The notes: a model not told the origin generated them from the letters alone. Positions 1 through 8,101 are shown, numbered from the stretch's first letter. The stretch is DNA of 32,000 nucleotides from Fibrobacter succinogenes subsp. succinogenes S85 (GCF_000146505.1 NC_017448.1:3330001-3362000); one strand, 5' to 3'. A program made the numbers and translations.

Positions 1-40
1 TGCGTTCGAGGCGAAATCCCGGAGGTAACTGATGACTCAT
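1..40 (-). CDS. 5-prime end of the next complex I gene (probably nuoD); runs off the window
   Basis: ATG at 40..38 overlaps the nuoBC stop TGA (39..37) as ATGA. GGAGG lies 5 nt upstream (complement of 46..50). Only 13 codons ([13 protein letters not shown]) are visible, so the product is inferred from nuo gene order alone. Confidence 0.4.
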   Translation of the reverse strand, partial: MSHQLPPGFRLER

Positions 41-1296
41 ATAGGCCTCCTAATCATTTCCGGGTGGGTAAAGTCTTTACGGAGTGGGTAACCCACGAAG
101 TCCTTGTCCAAGAAGATGCGGCGAAGGTCGGGGTGGTTTTCAAACTTGATGCCGAACATGTCGTAAACTTCGCGTTCCTTGATTTCTGCACCGGGATAGA
201 GGTGCGAAATGGTCGGAACGCTTGCCAAAAGCGATGTCGGGCGTTTTTCTTCGTCAATCGAGAAGTCTTTCTTGAGCTGCACGCAAAGGAAAATCTTGTG
301 GCCGATTTCAAGGCTTCTGAGCATTGTCACCATGTCGAAGTGATCGTCGTAGTCAATGGCGGTCACGTCAATCAGGTAATCCATCTTGAATTCGGGATCG
401 TTCTTGACAAATTCAACGACGTTCAGGTAGTCTTCCTTTTCAAGCATGACTTCGAGCGGGCAATCCGCAGGCATCTTCGCGACAACATCTTCAGGAGTGT
501 CTTCACCGCGCGTATGCACGGTCACGTTCGGGAACTTGGCGCGGAGCTTTGTGAAAAGTTCAAGCTGCGTCATGCCAAAGCGCTTGGCGGGCACGCGTTC
601 CACTTCCGGAAAATCCGGTTTCTTGACGCGAATCGGCTTGAAGGCGCTCTTGTAGTCCGGATTTTCTTCCTTGAACTTCGCGCGGGCTTCGGCCATCTGC
701 TCGTCTTTCATTTCTTCGAGAGCGGCCCAGGTTTTTGCGGCTTCGCGATAGCGGTCCATCGTCGAAACGTCTTTCGGTTCGCCTTCGTGCCAGGGGTTGC
801 GGCAAGTTTCCTTGAGGATCTTCTCGCGGAGCGTCAAAAGTCCGTGGAAGAGTGCTTCGGGGCGCGGCGGACAGCCAGGAACGAACACGTCGACCGGAAT
901 CAAGTTCTGTGCGCCACGAACAACGGAATAGTTGTCGTAGATGAACGGGCCGCCGCTAATCGTGCAGGCGCCCATGGCGATTACGTACTTGGGTCCTGGA
1001 ATTTGTTCCCAAAGCATCTGGATGGCGGGGGCCATGCGACGGGTAATCGTTCCTGCCAAAATAAACAAGTCCGCTTGTCGCGGGGACGAGCGGAACACTT
1101 CAGAGCCAAAACGGGCAATGTCATAACGAGCCATAGAACTCGACATCATTTCGATGGCGCAGCAGCTAGTACCGTATGTCAGTGGCCAAATGGAGTTTGC
1201 ACGGGCCCAGTTCACAACATAGTCGATGGCGTTTACAACGTACTTTCCACCGGGAATCGGGTCCAAAATCTTTGGAGCTAAATTGATTATTCCCAT
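37..1296 (-). CDS. nuoBC: NADH-quinone oxidoreductase, fused subunit B / subunit C
   Basis: The N-terminal ~165 aa carry NuoB hallmarks ([23 protein letters not shown], the N2 cluster cysteines). The C-terminal ~180 aa look like NuoC ([20 protein letters not shown]). One uninterrupted ORF joins them through a charged ~75-aa linker. Confidence 0.9.
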   Translation of the reverse strand: MGIINLAPKILDPIPGGKYVVNAIDYVVNWARANSIWPLTYGTSCCAIEMMSSSMARYDIARFGSEVFRSSPRQADLFILAGTITRRMAPAIQMLWEQIPGPKYVIAMGACTISGGPFIYDNYSVVRGAQNLIPVDVFVPGCPPRPEALFHGLLTLREKILKETCRNPWHEGEPKDVSTMDRYREAAKTWAALEEMKDEQMAEARAKFKEENPDYKSAFKPIRVKKPDFPEVERVPAKRFGMTQLELFTKLRAKFPNVTVHTRGEDTPEDVVAKMPADCPLEVMLEKEDYLNVVEFVKNDPEFKMDYLIDVTAIDYDDHFDMVTMLRSLEIGHKIFLCVQLKKDFSIDEEKRPTSLLASVPTISHLYPGAEIKEREVYDMFGIKFENHPDLRRIFLDKDFVGYPLRKDFTHPEMIRRPI

Positions 1297-1667
1297 TTGA
1301 GAATTCCTTTTTTCCAGGCGTAAGCAAGGCCCGAAACGAGAATCGCAATGAAGATGATAAGGTCGATAACGACGACTGATGGTGGGAGCGCCGTGTGGCC
1401 TGCCATGATTTCCTTGAAGTTCATCATGACGGGGAAGAGGAACAGCGCTTCGATATCAAACACGAGGAAGAGCAAGGCGAACAGGTAGTAGCCCACCTTG
1501 AACTGAATTCTTGCGTTGCCGATGGTTTCCATACCGCATTCGTACGGTGCCATCTTGTTCTTTGTATTCTTGGTGCGGTAGCCTAGCAATAGGCCTGTGA
1601 CGGTTGCCGCCGCCGCGATAAACGCGCCCAGAAAAAGGAAAATGGATAGAATGATATATTCTGACAT
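1287..1667 (-). CDS. nuoA: NADH-quinone oxidoreductase subunit A
   Basis: 126 aa with hydrophobic segments. PYECG and FDIE motifs are typical of NuoA/ND3. It overlaps the nuoBC start by 10 nt. Confidence 0.9.
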   Translation of the reverse strand: MSEYIILSIFLFLGAFIAAAATVTGLLLGYRTKNTKNKMAPYECGMETIGNARIQFKVGYYLFALLFLVFDIEALFLFPVMMNFKEIMAGHTALPPSVVVIDLIIFIAILVSGLAYAWKKGILKWE

Positions 1668-1677
1668 ATTATTTCTC

Positions 1678-1767
1678 GCGGCTTCGCCGCAGTTGGCAGA
1701 ACTTAGTTGGTAGAACTTAGGAAAAATGATTTGTTTAAGTTCTAAGCTCTAAGTTCTAAGTTCTCCT
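1678..1767. repeat. Intergenic inverted heptad-repeat element: GC mini-hairpin, 2x GTTGG(C/T)AGAACTTA, then 4x TAAG(T/C)TC
   Basis: GCGGC-TTC-GCCGC at 1678..1690. Tandem 14-mers at 1692..1719. Heptads TAAGTTC TAAGCTC TAAGTTC TAAGTTC at 1736..1763. TAGAACTTAG (1711..1720) is the exact reverse complement of CTAAGTTCTA (1749..1758). The 15-mer GTTGGTAGAACTTAG recurs at 7132..7146. Confidence 0.85.
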
Positions 1768-2361
1768 TTAATAGAAATTCTGCAAATCCTGAACGGTTCC
1801 GAATAGCGTATTGCCAATCTGGAATCGGTCCAGAACGTGTTTCAGTAGCTCCTTGAATTCGTCAATGGTGCCTGCGTTCATTGTGTTCAACTTCCCTTGA
1901 ATGTCGCTCACGAATCCGTACACCACAGGGCTCGATTTCATGCCTTGCATTTCCCCACTCCATTGCTGCAACACTTTGTCCGTGTCAATCCTTGCGATAA
2001 CATAGCGCGTCGTTGAAAGGAGTTCCTGCAAAAAGTGTACAAGGAAGATTTCTTCTTGCAAAATACCCCAGCGCTTGTCCTTGGAATATAACGATGTGTA
2101 TTCAGCCTTGCCGTAGAAAATCGCTGCTTGTGCGTATTCAAGACAGGTCATCAGGAGTCGTTCATAACGCTTGATGTCCTTGCTCAAATGCTGGTACCAC
2201 GCATTGTTCTTTTCGGGTGTCGCGTCCTGGTCGTCCGCAAAGTCGTTCGGACAAAGTGCGCGGAATGCATAGTACACTTCTTCGTAATAGCGGTTCCTCA
2301 TGCGGCAGTTGAACGCACGGTTTTTTTGTGTGTAGTCGCAATGGTGTAGGGACGATATCAT
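1768..2361 (-). CDS. hypothetical protein translationally coupled to rel
   Basis: 197-aa ORF. Its ATG (2361..2359) overlaps the rel stop (2360..2358) as ATGA. I recognise no motif in it. The internal Met at residue 21 is an alternative start. Confidence 0.65.
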   Translation of the reverse strand: MISSLHHCDYTQKNRAFNCRMRNRYYEEVYYAFRALCPNDFADDQDATPEKNNAWYQHLSKDIKRYERLLMTCLEYAQAAIFYGKAEYTSLYSKDKRWGILQEEIFLVHFLQELLSTTRYVIARIDTDKVLQQWSGEMQGMKSSPVVYGFVSDIQGKLNTMNAGTIDEFKELLKHVLDRFQIGNTLFGTVQDLQNFY

Positions 2362-4505
2362 GCTTTTTCAACCCCTCTGACGCCCTCGACTTGCCTTATC
2401 TTGGTCACAATTGCATCGACCTGGTCCTTGCGGAACGCCTTGAATTCCATACGGATGCGTCCCGTGTACTGGGCACTGGCGATACTCATTCTATCCAGCG
2501 ACAAGTTCTCGTCTTTCAGAACCATCAGGATGCTTAATGGCAAGTTTCTGCGGTTGTCCGTTTCAATTGTGAGGTGCGTCGTAAATGGCTTTGTGACGTC
2601 GGCGCTCCAGTCAACGGGGAGGCGCTGGTCGGTCGGCAAGTCCTTGAGGCAAGGGCAGTCGCTCTTGTGGACTTCAATACCGATTTGCGGGCGCATCACG
2701 CCGACAATCTTATCACCCGGGACAGGGCCGCAGCAGCTTGCGAAATGGATGAGAAGACTGGTTTCTTGGCCAATCATCAACGGCATTTCGTCGGTGAGCG
2801 TGTTGTCCATGTCCTTTCCGAATTTCGGATAGAAGCGGATGGCTGCGGTTTCCTTGGATATGTCGTTTCCGCCGTTCAAGAAACGGTGGATGTCCTGGAG
2901 CGGCAGTTCGCCCTGGCCGATTTTCTCGAAAAATTCGTTGAGGCTCGTCATGCCGAAGTTCTTGAGGATGTCCTCTTCCTTCGGGCGTTTGTCCTTTTCA
3001 ATTTTCAGGAGGCGGAGCTCGCGAGTCCAGATTTCTTTACCGAGGCTGCGGGACTGCGTGATGATGCTTGTCTTCATCCACTTGCGGAGTTCCTGCTTTG
3101 CCTTGATGGTCTTGACCATTTCAAGCCATTCCGGGCTCGGTTCCTGGTTCGGGCTCTTTAAAATCTGGATGGTGGCACCGTGCGGCACGGGTTCATCGAG
3201 ACTCACAACCTTGTCGTTAATGCGTGCACCGATGCAGTGCAGGCCAAGCTCCGTGTGTACTGCAAATGCAAAGTCCAAAACGATGGCGCCTTCGGGGAGT
3301 TCAACGGATGCTCCCTTCGGGGTGAACACCGTCATGCCTTCGGGCTTCAAGTCTACTTTCAAGAAGTCGAGGTATTCTTTGGAGTCCGAGATTTCGGATT
3401 GCAGCTTGACCATGTGGTCGAGCCAGGCGAGTTCTTCGCCTTCGTGCTGCGTTTCCATCTTGTAGGCCCAGTGGGCGGCAAATCCCTTTTCGGCGGTTAA
3501 GTCCATGTCCTTTGTGCGGATCTGGACTTCGACCATCTTGTTTTCAGGACCGATGACGGTTGTATGGATACTTTGGTAAAGGTTCGGCTTCGGGGTGGCG
3601 ATGTAGTCCTTGAAGCGGCTTTGCAGCGGCGTCCAGAGGTTGTGCACGTAACCCAGAGCGAGGTAGCATTCAGGTATCGTCTCGACGATAATGCGGATGG
3701 CGAAAATGTCGAAGATGTCTTCGAACCCGCAACCGCGTGCAATCATCTTGTTATAGATGCTGTATATATTCTTGGTGCGCCCCTGGATGGTGCAGTCGAA
3801 GTCTTCGAGAGCCATCTTGATCTGAAGCGGGCCAATCACGGATTGCACGTAGTTTTCGCGCTTTTCCTTGTTCTCGATAAGGGCATCGACGAGCTTCTGG
3901 TATTCATCCGGGTTCACGTACTTGAAGCTCAAGTCTTCGAGTTCGGTTTTCAGCTTGTATAGACCGAATCTATGGGTGAGCGGTACGTAAATGTCGAGCG
4001 TTTCCTGGGCGATAATCTTACGCTTTTCGGGCTTCATGTATCGCATGGTGCGCATGTTGTGGATGCGGTCTGCGATTTTAATCATGATGACGCGCGGGTC
4101 TTTGGCCATGGCCGTAATGAGCTTACGGTAGGTACTTGCCTTTTGCGCCGTCTTGCTTGCTTCCTGGACTGCGGTAATCTTTGTCACCGCATCGACCATG
4201 AACGCCGTGTCTTCGCCAAAAAGTTCAGAAATTTCACTGAGGGTATGCGGGGTGTCTTCCACCACGTCGTGCAATAAGCCTGCGAGTACCGTTGCCTGGT
4301 CTTGCTTGAGGTCTGCAAGAATCTTGGCCACTTCGTAAGGGTGTTCTGTGTAGGGCATGCCGCTCTTGCGGTATTGACCATCGTGGGCATCGGCAATAAA
4401 GGCTATAGCTTTTCTGAGAATCCCTTCGTCAAGTTTGGGATTCTTCTTAAGGAGCACACTTACAATGTGCTCTTGGTTCGTTGTAAATTTAGCCTGATCC
4501 ATCAT
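2358..4505 (-). CDS. rel: bifunctional (p)ppGpp synthetase/hydrolase (long RSH, Rel/SpoT type)
   Basis: HD hydrolase motif HDVVEDT. Synthetase motifs GRTKNIYSIYNKM and YQSIHT. TGS-like and C-terminal ACT-like regions. The ORF-track start at 4550 is a TTG that overlaps a TATTTTTG promoter-like box, so I prefer ATG 4505 (MMDQAKF). Confidence 0.9.
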   Translation of the reverse strand: MMDQAKFTTNQEHIVSVLLKKNPKLDEGILRKAIAFIADAHDGQYRKSGMPYTEHPYEVAKILADLKQDQATVLAGLLHDVVEDTPHTLSEISELFGEDTAFMVDAVTKITAVQEASKTAQKASTYRKLITAMAKDPRVIMIKIADRIHNMRTMRYMKPEKRKIIAQETLDIYVPLTHRFGLYKLKTELEDLSFKYVNPDEYQKLVDALIENKEKRENYVQSVIGPLQIKMALEDFDCTIQGRTKNIYSIYNKMIARGCGFEDIFDIFAIRIIVETIPECYLALGYVHNLWTPLQSRFKDYIATPKPNLYQSIHTTVIGPENKMVEVQIRTKDMDLTAEKGFAAHWAYKMETQHEGEELAWLDHMVKLQSEISDSKEYLDFLKVDLKPEGMTVFTPKGASVELPEGAIVLDFAFAVHTELGLHCIGARINDKVVSLDEPVPHGATIQILKSPNQEPSPEWLEMVKTIKAKQELRKWMKTSIITQSRSLGKEIWTRELRLLKIEKDKRPKEEDILKNFGMTSLNEFFEKIGQGELPLQDIHRFLNGGNDISKETAAIRFYPKFGKDMDNTLTDEMPLMIGQETSLLIHFASCCGPVPGDKIVGVMRPQIGIEVHKSDCPCLKDLPTDQRLPVDWSADVTKPFTTHLTIETDNRRNLPLSILMVLKDENLSLDRMSIASAQYTGRIRMEFKAFRKDQVDAIVTKIRQVEGVRGVEKA

Positions 4506-4547
4506 TCTCAATTTATCTAATAATTTGATACTTATGCGGCTTTTTTT

Positions 4548-4555
4548 CAAAAATA
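4548..4555 (-). promoter_or_regulatory. TAnnTTTG promoter-like box upstream of rel
   Basis: Minus strand reads TATTTTTG, 42 nt upstream of ATG 4505. Same box type as at hslO, sufB, tgt, leuA and both tRNA-Leu genes. Confidence 0.4.
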
Positions 4556-4649
4556 TGCCAAAAATAAGACGAAAAAAGCATCGACTTGACTAGAAAAAAG
4601 GAAAAATTGAAAATTTCCAGTTTGCGGGTAGATGCATCTGAATGAGTGC

Positions 4650-4666
4650 GTTGTAACTGTTACAAC
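4650..4666. promoter_or_regulatory. perfect 8+1+8 palindrome GTTGTAAC-T-GTTACAAC in the divergent rel / CE15 intergenic region
   Basis: Verified by hand as a perfect inverted repeat. It lies about 100 nt upstream of the CE15 start. Candidate dimeric regulator operator. Confidence 0.4.
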
Positions 4667-4764
4667 AAAAAAGTTATTACACCTCGCCCAAAATTTTTAG
4701 AATAGATTAATTTAAAGGACAACAATTTCGCCGAATTCACGGCTGTTGTTGGGGTTGGTATACA

Positions 4765-6375
4765 ATGAATAAGTGGATGAAAGTAATGCCTGTGGCAGTT
4801 GCTGCCTTTGGCTTATGGGCGTGCGGCGATGAAGCTATGACTTCTGCCGCGCAATGTACAACAAAAGAATGCTTGGAACAGGTCGGTCAATCCGCTGGAA
4901 TTATTTCTGGTGGAGAATCTAGCTCCAGTTCGTACGCCGAAAATAGCGTGGAATCAAGTTCTGATGACGGTTCTGGCAGTCAGGGACCTGATTCTTCTGC
5001 AGATGCACAATCTCCGACGAGTAGTTCTGATGTCGCTATTTCTAGCGGTGCATCTAGTAGTAGTGTCGCGGGGCCTGTGCTATCATCGAGCAGTGAGGCT
5101 TTGCTAGAAAGCAGCAGCAATGCCGTCTCTAGTTCTAGCCGTGGACATCATCATTCTAGTTCGTCTGCAGCAAAGCCGGAAGTCTCTAGCTCTAGCGAAT
5201 CAACGCCTCCGACTCCGGTAAATGAATTTGTCGAAGACCATCGCAGTGAATGCCAGATTGGCAATATCCCTTCAAGCGTGAACAACGCAAAACTGCCGGA
5301 CCCGTTTATGGGTCTTGATGGCAAGCGTATTTCTAGCAAGGCAGATTGGAAATGCCGTCGTGAAGAAATTGGTGCCATGTACGAAAAGCTCATGTTCGGT
5401 ACAAAGCCGCGCAATCCTGAAAAAGTCGAAGGCTCGTATTCTGGCGGAAAGCTCACCATTAAGGTCACGGACAAGGGCAAATCCGGTTCGTTCTCCGTGA
5501 AAATCAGCAACGCCGGTACCAAGGACAAGCCGAAGCCTGCGATGATCGGTTTTGGCGGTGGCATGATGGGCGGTTGCGGAAGCCTCGGCAACGCAACGAA
5601 CGGTCTTGACATCGCTCAGATTACGTTTAACCCGGATGACGTCGCCCCAGAAAGCGGTGGCGGTATGTTCTTCCAGCTTTATAACCAGGGCCAAGGCACC
5701 ATCATCGCATGGGCATGGGGCGTAAGCCGCATTATCGACGCTCTCGAAAAGACTCCTGAAGCGGGTATCGATGTCAAGCATCTCGCCATGACGGGTTGCT
5801 CTCGCTGGGGTAAGGGTACTCTTGCCGTGGGTGCATTCGATGAACGTATTGCCCTCACGATTCCGCAGGAATCTGGTTCCGGTGGCGCATCGCTTTGGCG
5901 CGTGGGTGCTCAGGTCAACAAGCAGAAGGGTAAGCAGTTCGTTCAGGGCTTGAGCAGTGCCGGTACCGAAGGCAAGTGGATGATTTCTAGTTTCAAGAAC
6001 TACGATGGCAAGGAAAATACGCTCCCGTTTGACCAGCACATGTTGGTGGCTATGGTGGCTCCGCGTGCGCTCCTCATTCTCGATAATGCAGGTCAGGAAT
6101 GGTTGGGCGAAGTTCCGTCGAACTATTGCGGACAAGCTTCTAAGGAAGTTTATGACGCTCTCGGTGCAACGGAAAATTACACCTACAGCCAGGAAGGCGG
6201 TCATGGTCACTGCCAGCTTCCGAACGGGCAGTTTGACGAAGTCAAGGACTTTATGAACAAGTTCTTGCTCGGCAAGGATGCCAAGACGGGTAAGATTGAC
6301 TACACCAAGAATACTCAAACCATCAACTTCAAAAAGTCTGAATGGATTGACTGGGAAACACCTAGCTTGAAATAA
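4765..6375 (+). CDS. CE15 glucuronoyl esterase lipoprotein with long Ser-rich tether
   Basis: Signal peptide with lipobox-like FGLWAC. A Ser-rich low-complexity segment of roughly 100 aa. The catalytic domain has the CE15 nucleophile motif GCSRWGKG and GGHGHC near the C-terminus. Confidence 0.85.
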   Translation: MNKWMKVMPVAVAAFGLWACGDEAMTSAAQCTTKECLEQVGQSAGIISGGESSSSSYAENSVESSSDDGSGSQGPDSSADAQSPTSSSDVAISSGASSSSVAGPVLSSSSEALLESSSNAVSSSSRGHHHSSSSAAKPEVSSSSESTPPTPVNEFVEDHRSECQIGNIPSSVNNAKLPDPFMGLDGKRISSKADWKCRREEIGAMYEKLMFGTKPRNPEKVEGSYSGGKLTIKVTDKGKSGSFSVKISNAGTKDKPKPAMIGFGGGMMGGCGSLGNATNGLDIAQITFNPDDVAPESGGGMFFQLYNQGQGTIIAWAWGVSRIIDALEKTPEAGIDVKHLAMTGCSRWGKGTLAVGAFDERIALTIPQESGSGGASLWRVGAQVNKQKGKQFVQGLSSAGTEGKWMISSFKNYDGKENTLPFDQHMLVAMVAPRALLILDNAGQEWLGEVPSNYCGQASKEVYDALGATENYTYSQEGGHGHCQLPNGQFDEVKDFMNKFLLGKDAKTGKIDYTKNTQTINFKKSEWIDWETPSLK

Positions 6376-6413
6376 TGCTGCGGCAGACTCGTTAATCGAG
6401 AATCGCGGAACTT

Positions 6414-6446
6414 AAAAAAAGACCTCGCAATCGCGAGGCTCTTTTC
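6414..6446. terminator. bidirectional rho-independent terminator shared by CE15 (+) and thrH (-)
   Basis: A-run 6414..6420, stem CCTCGC (6423..6428) / GCGAGG (6433..6438), then a T-rich tract. Read on the minus strand, the hairpin is followed by TTTTTTT. Confidence 0.8.
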
Positions 6447-7064
6447 TTATAAAGAATCTTGGAACTTATGGAATTTGTCCAAAAGTTCTGCGTAGGTCTT
6501 TGTGGCTTCAAGCTGCGGGAACTGGGCTACGATGGAATCTGGGGCGCAGAAGAAGCAGCCCTTGTCTGCCTGCTTGAGCATGCCCGTATCGTTGAAGGAA
6601 TCGCCCGAGGCGAACACCTTAAAGTTGAGTTCTTGCAGGTGCTTTACGACCTTCGTCTTTTGGTCGCTCATGCGCAAGTGATAACCCTTGATCATGTCGT
6701 TTTCAACCACGAGATTGTGGCAGAAAATCGTCGGGAATCCGAGATTCTTCATGATGGGGTAGGCAAATTCCTGGAACGTGTCCGAGAGGATAATCACCTG
6801 GGCTTCGTCGCGGAGCGTGTCCATAAAGTCGCGGGCGCCGTCGAGGAGACCGAGATTTGCAATAACGTTCTGGATGTCAGAGAGCTTGATGTTTTCGCGT
6901 TCGAGAATCTTGATGCGGCCCTTCATGAGCACATCGTAGTCGGGGATGTCGCGAGTGGTGAGGCGGAGGTCCTTGATGCCCGTCTTTTCGGCGACGGCAA
7001 TCCAGATTTCTGGCGCAAGAACGCCTTCCAGGTCAAGAGTGACAACACATTGCTTAGTAAACAT
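6447..7064 (-). CDS. thrH: ThrH-like HAD phosphatase (phosphoserine phosphatase / homoserine phosphotransferase)
   Basis: Near full-length similarity, as I recall it, to Pseudomonas ThrH: LDLEGVL-PEIWIA-AEKTGI, TTRDIPDYDVLMK-R, ILSDTF-EF, GDS-NDT-ML. Confidence 0.8.
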   Translation of the reverse strand: MFTKQCVVTLDLEGVLAPEIWIAVAEKTGIKDLRLTTRDIPDYDVLMKGRIKILERENIKLSDIQNVIANLGLLDGARDFMDTLRDEAQVIILSDTFQEFAYPIMKNLGFPTIFCHNLVVENDMIKGYHLRMSDQKTKVVKHLQELNFKVFASGDSFNDTGMLKQADKGCFFCAPDSIVAQFPQLEATKTYAELLDKFHKFQDSL

Positions 7065-7131
7065 AATTGATTGTTGTAAGTTTGCGCGCCTCGTTTTTTA
7101 TTTCAAAACTCGGCGCTTTTGTTAAATCTCA

Positions 7132-7204
7132 GTTGGTAGAACTTAGACCGCTTCGCTCTTAGAACTTAGTCTTCTAAGCTCTAAGTTCTGAGTACTAAGT
7201 TCTA
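7132..7204. repeat. second copy of the GTTGGTAGAACTTAG / CTAAGTTCT inverted-repeat element
   Basis: GTTGGTAGAACTTAG at 7132..7146. TAGAACTTAG at 7160..7169. CTAAGCTCT at 7174..7182. CTAAGTTCT at 7181..7189. CTAAGTTCTA at 7195..7204. The last copy contains the hslO stop codon (7202..7204). Confidence 0.85.
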
Positions 7205-8089
7205 AATTTTCTTATTCCTCTCTGCAATAATTTCTTGCATGTCGGCAGGTGTAATCGTGTAGTTTGTGCGGCAAAAATCGCAGACAACGTTCAAGTCCTT
7301 GTTCTCGCTGCTGAGTTCCTGCAAGTCCTTGAGCGGGAGCGTTGCAAGTGTAGCGAGCATGCGGTCCTTGCTGCACGGGCAGAAGGGCTTCGGGTCGATT
7401 TCGCGCACCACTTCGATGTCGTACGGGCCGCGGAGCTGGTCCAGAAGTTCATCAAGGTCGAAGCCCTTGTCTGCCTTGTACATGTCACAGAACTTCGGGA
7501 GATTCTGCACGATGACTTCGATTAGGTTGATGTCCTTGTCCTCGAGGTCCGGGAATGCTTCGATGTAAAAGCCTGCGGCGTAATCAAGAAAGCTCGGGTC
7601 CTGCGCGTTGTACTGTGCTTCAATTCCAACGGCGGAGCGAATCTGTTCGGACTGCAAAAGGTATGTGGCGAGGTTCTGACCCACAGAAACGGACGGAGCT
7701 TCGATAATGCTTTCGTGAACGCGCTTGCCCTGTTCGTTCAACTTTACGACTTGCACGTGCTGAGGCACGAGGGCGGGTTCGTTTGCTCCGATTGCCTGGA
7801 GTTCAGCCTGCGGAATCATGGCGCGGACAAGACCCATCGGGGTCGAGTCTGTTTGAATTTTCGTAATTTCGCCACCAAAAGTAGTGGTATAGGAAACTGT
7901 ACCTGCGAATTTAAGGCCTGCGCTCAGGAAAATGCTTGCAATGGAGTTTTCGGCAAGCAACTTGAGGGCAAAACCCTTGGCGTTGTGGTGACGGCCGATT
8001 TCGTTCATGGTCTCTGTCAAATCGACCACGATAAGGCGGAAGGGCGTTTTTTTGCCCGTCGCGCGGATGATTCTATCTTTGAAATTCAT
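7202..8089 (-). CDS. hslO: redox-regulated chaperone Hsp33
   Basis: 295 aa. C-terminal zinc/redox switch CPCSKDR...VCDFCRTNY (CxC...CxxC). N-terminal similarity to Hsp33. Confidence 0.9.
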   Translation of the reverse strand: MNFKDRIIRATGKKTPFRLIVVDLTETMNEIGRHHNAKGFALKLLAENSIASIFLSAGLKFAGTVSYTTTFGGEITKIQTDSTPMGLVRAMIPQAELQAIGANEPALVPQHVQVVKLNEQGKRVHESIIEAPSVSVGQNLATYLLQSEQIRSAVGIEAQYNAQDPSFLDYAAGFYIEAFPDLEDKDINLIEVIVQNLPKFCDMYKADKGFDLDELLDQLRGPYDIEVVREIDPKPFCPCSKDRMLATLATLPLKDLQELSSENKDLNVVCDFCRTNYTITPADMQEIIAERNKKI

Positions 8090-8093
8090 GCCT

Positions 8094-8101
8094 CAAATAT
8101 A
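8094..8101 (-). promoter_or_regulatory. TAnnTTTG promoter-like box (AAATTCTATATTTG) 4 nt upstream of the hslO ATG
   Basis: Minus strand reads AAATTCTATATTTG-AGGC-ATG. The extended ATTCTAnnTTTG context is shared with sufB, tgt and leuA. Confidence 0.5.

Noticed and set aside
64-1281. 405-aa plus-strand ORF. Similar long ORFs occur at 5272..6318(-), 6459..7070(+), 15944..17257(-), 21563..22471(+) and 25746..28541(-).
   Set aside because: Each lies exactly antisense and codon-aligned to a gene with clear family motifs (nuoBC, CE15, thrH, leuA, GH9, GH5). Their proteins are low-complexity with no motifs. They are explained by the absence of TTA, CTA and TCA codons in the real genes.
1692-1763. 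Heptad or 14-mer repeats as a CRISPR array or mini-satellite-encoded peptide.
   Set aside because: The units are 7-14 nt with no spacers, which is far too short for CRISPR. Stop codons occur in several frames on both strands, which excludes coding.
2358-4550. Idea that rel plus the overlapping 197-aa gene form a toxSAS-type alarmone-synthetase toxin-antitoxin pair, and that rel starts at 4550.
   Set aside because: The enzyme is a full-length long RSH with an intact HD hydrolase domain and TGS and ACT-like regions, not a small stand-alone synthetase. The 4550 start is a TTG overlapping a promoter-like box, so ATG 4505 fits better.
4910-5200. Ser-rich nucleotide repeats in CE15, and similarly in the 18095 lipoprotein, the PL1 tail and the GH5 linker, as independent tandem-repeat features.
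   Set aside because: They are in-frame low-complexity linker regions of the annotated proteins (AGC/TCT/AGT-rich), not separate genetic elements.
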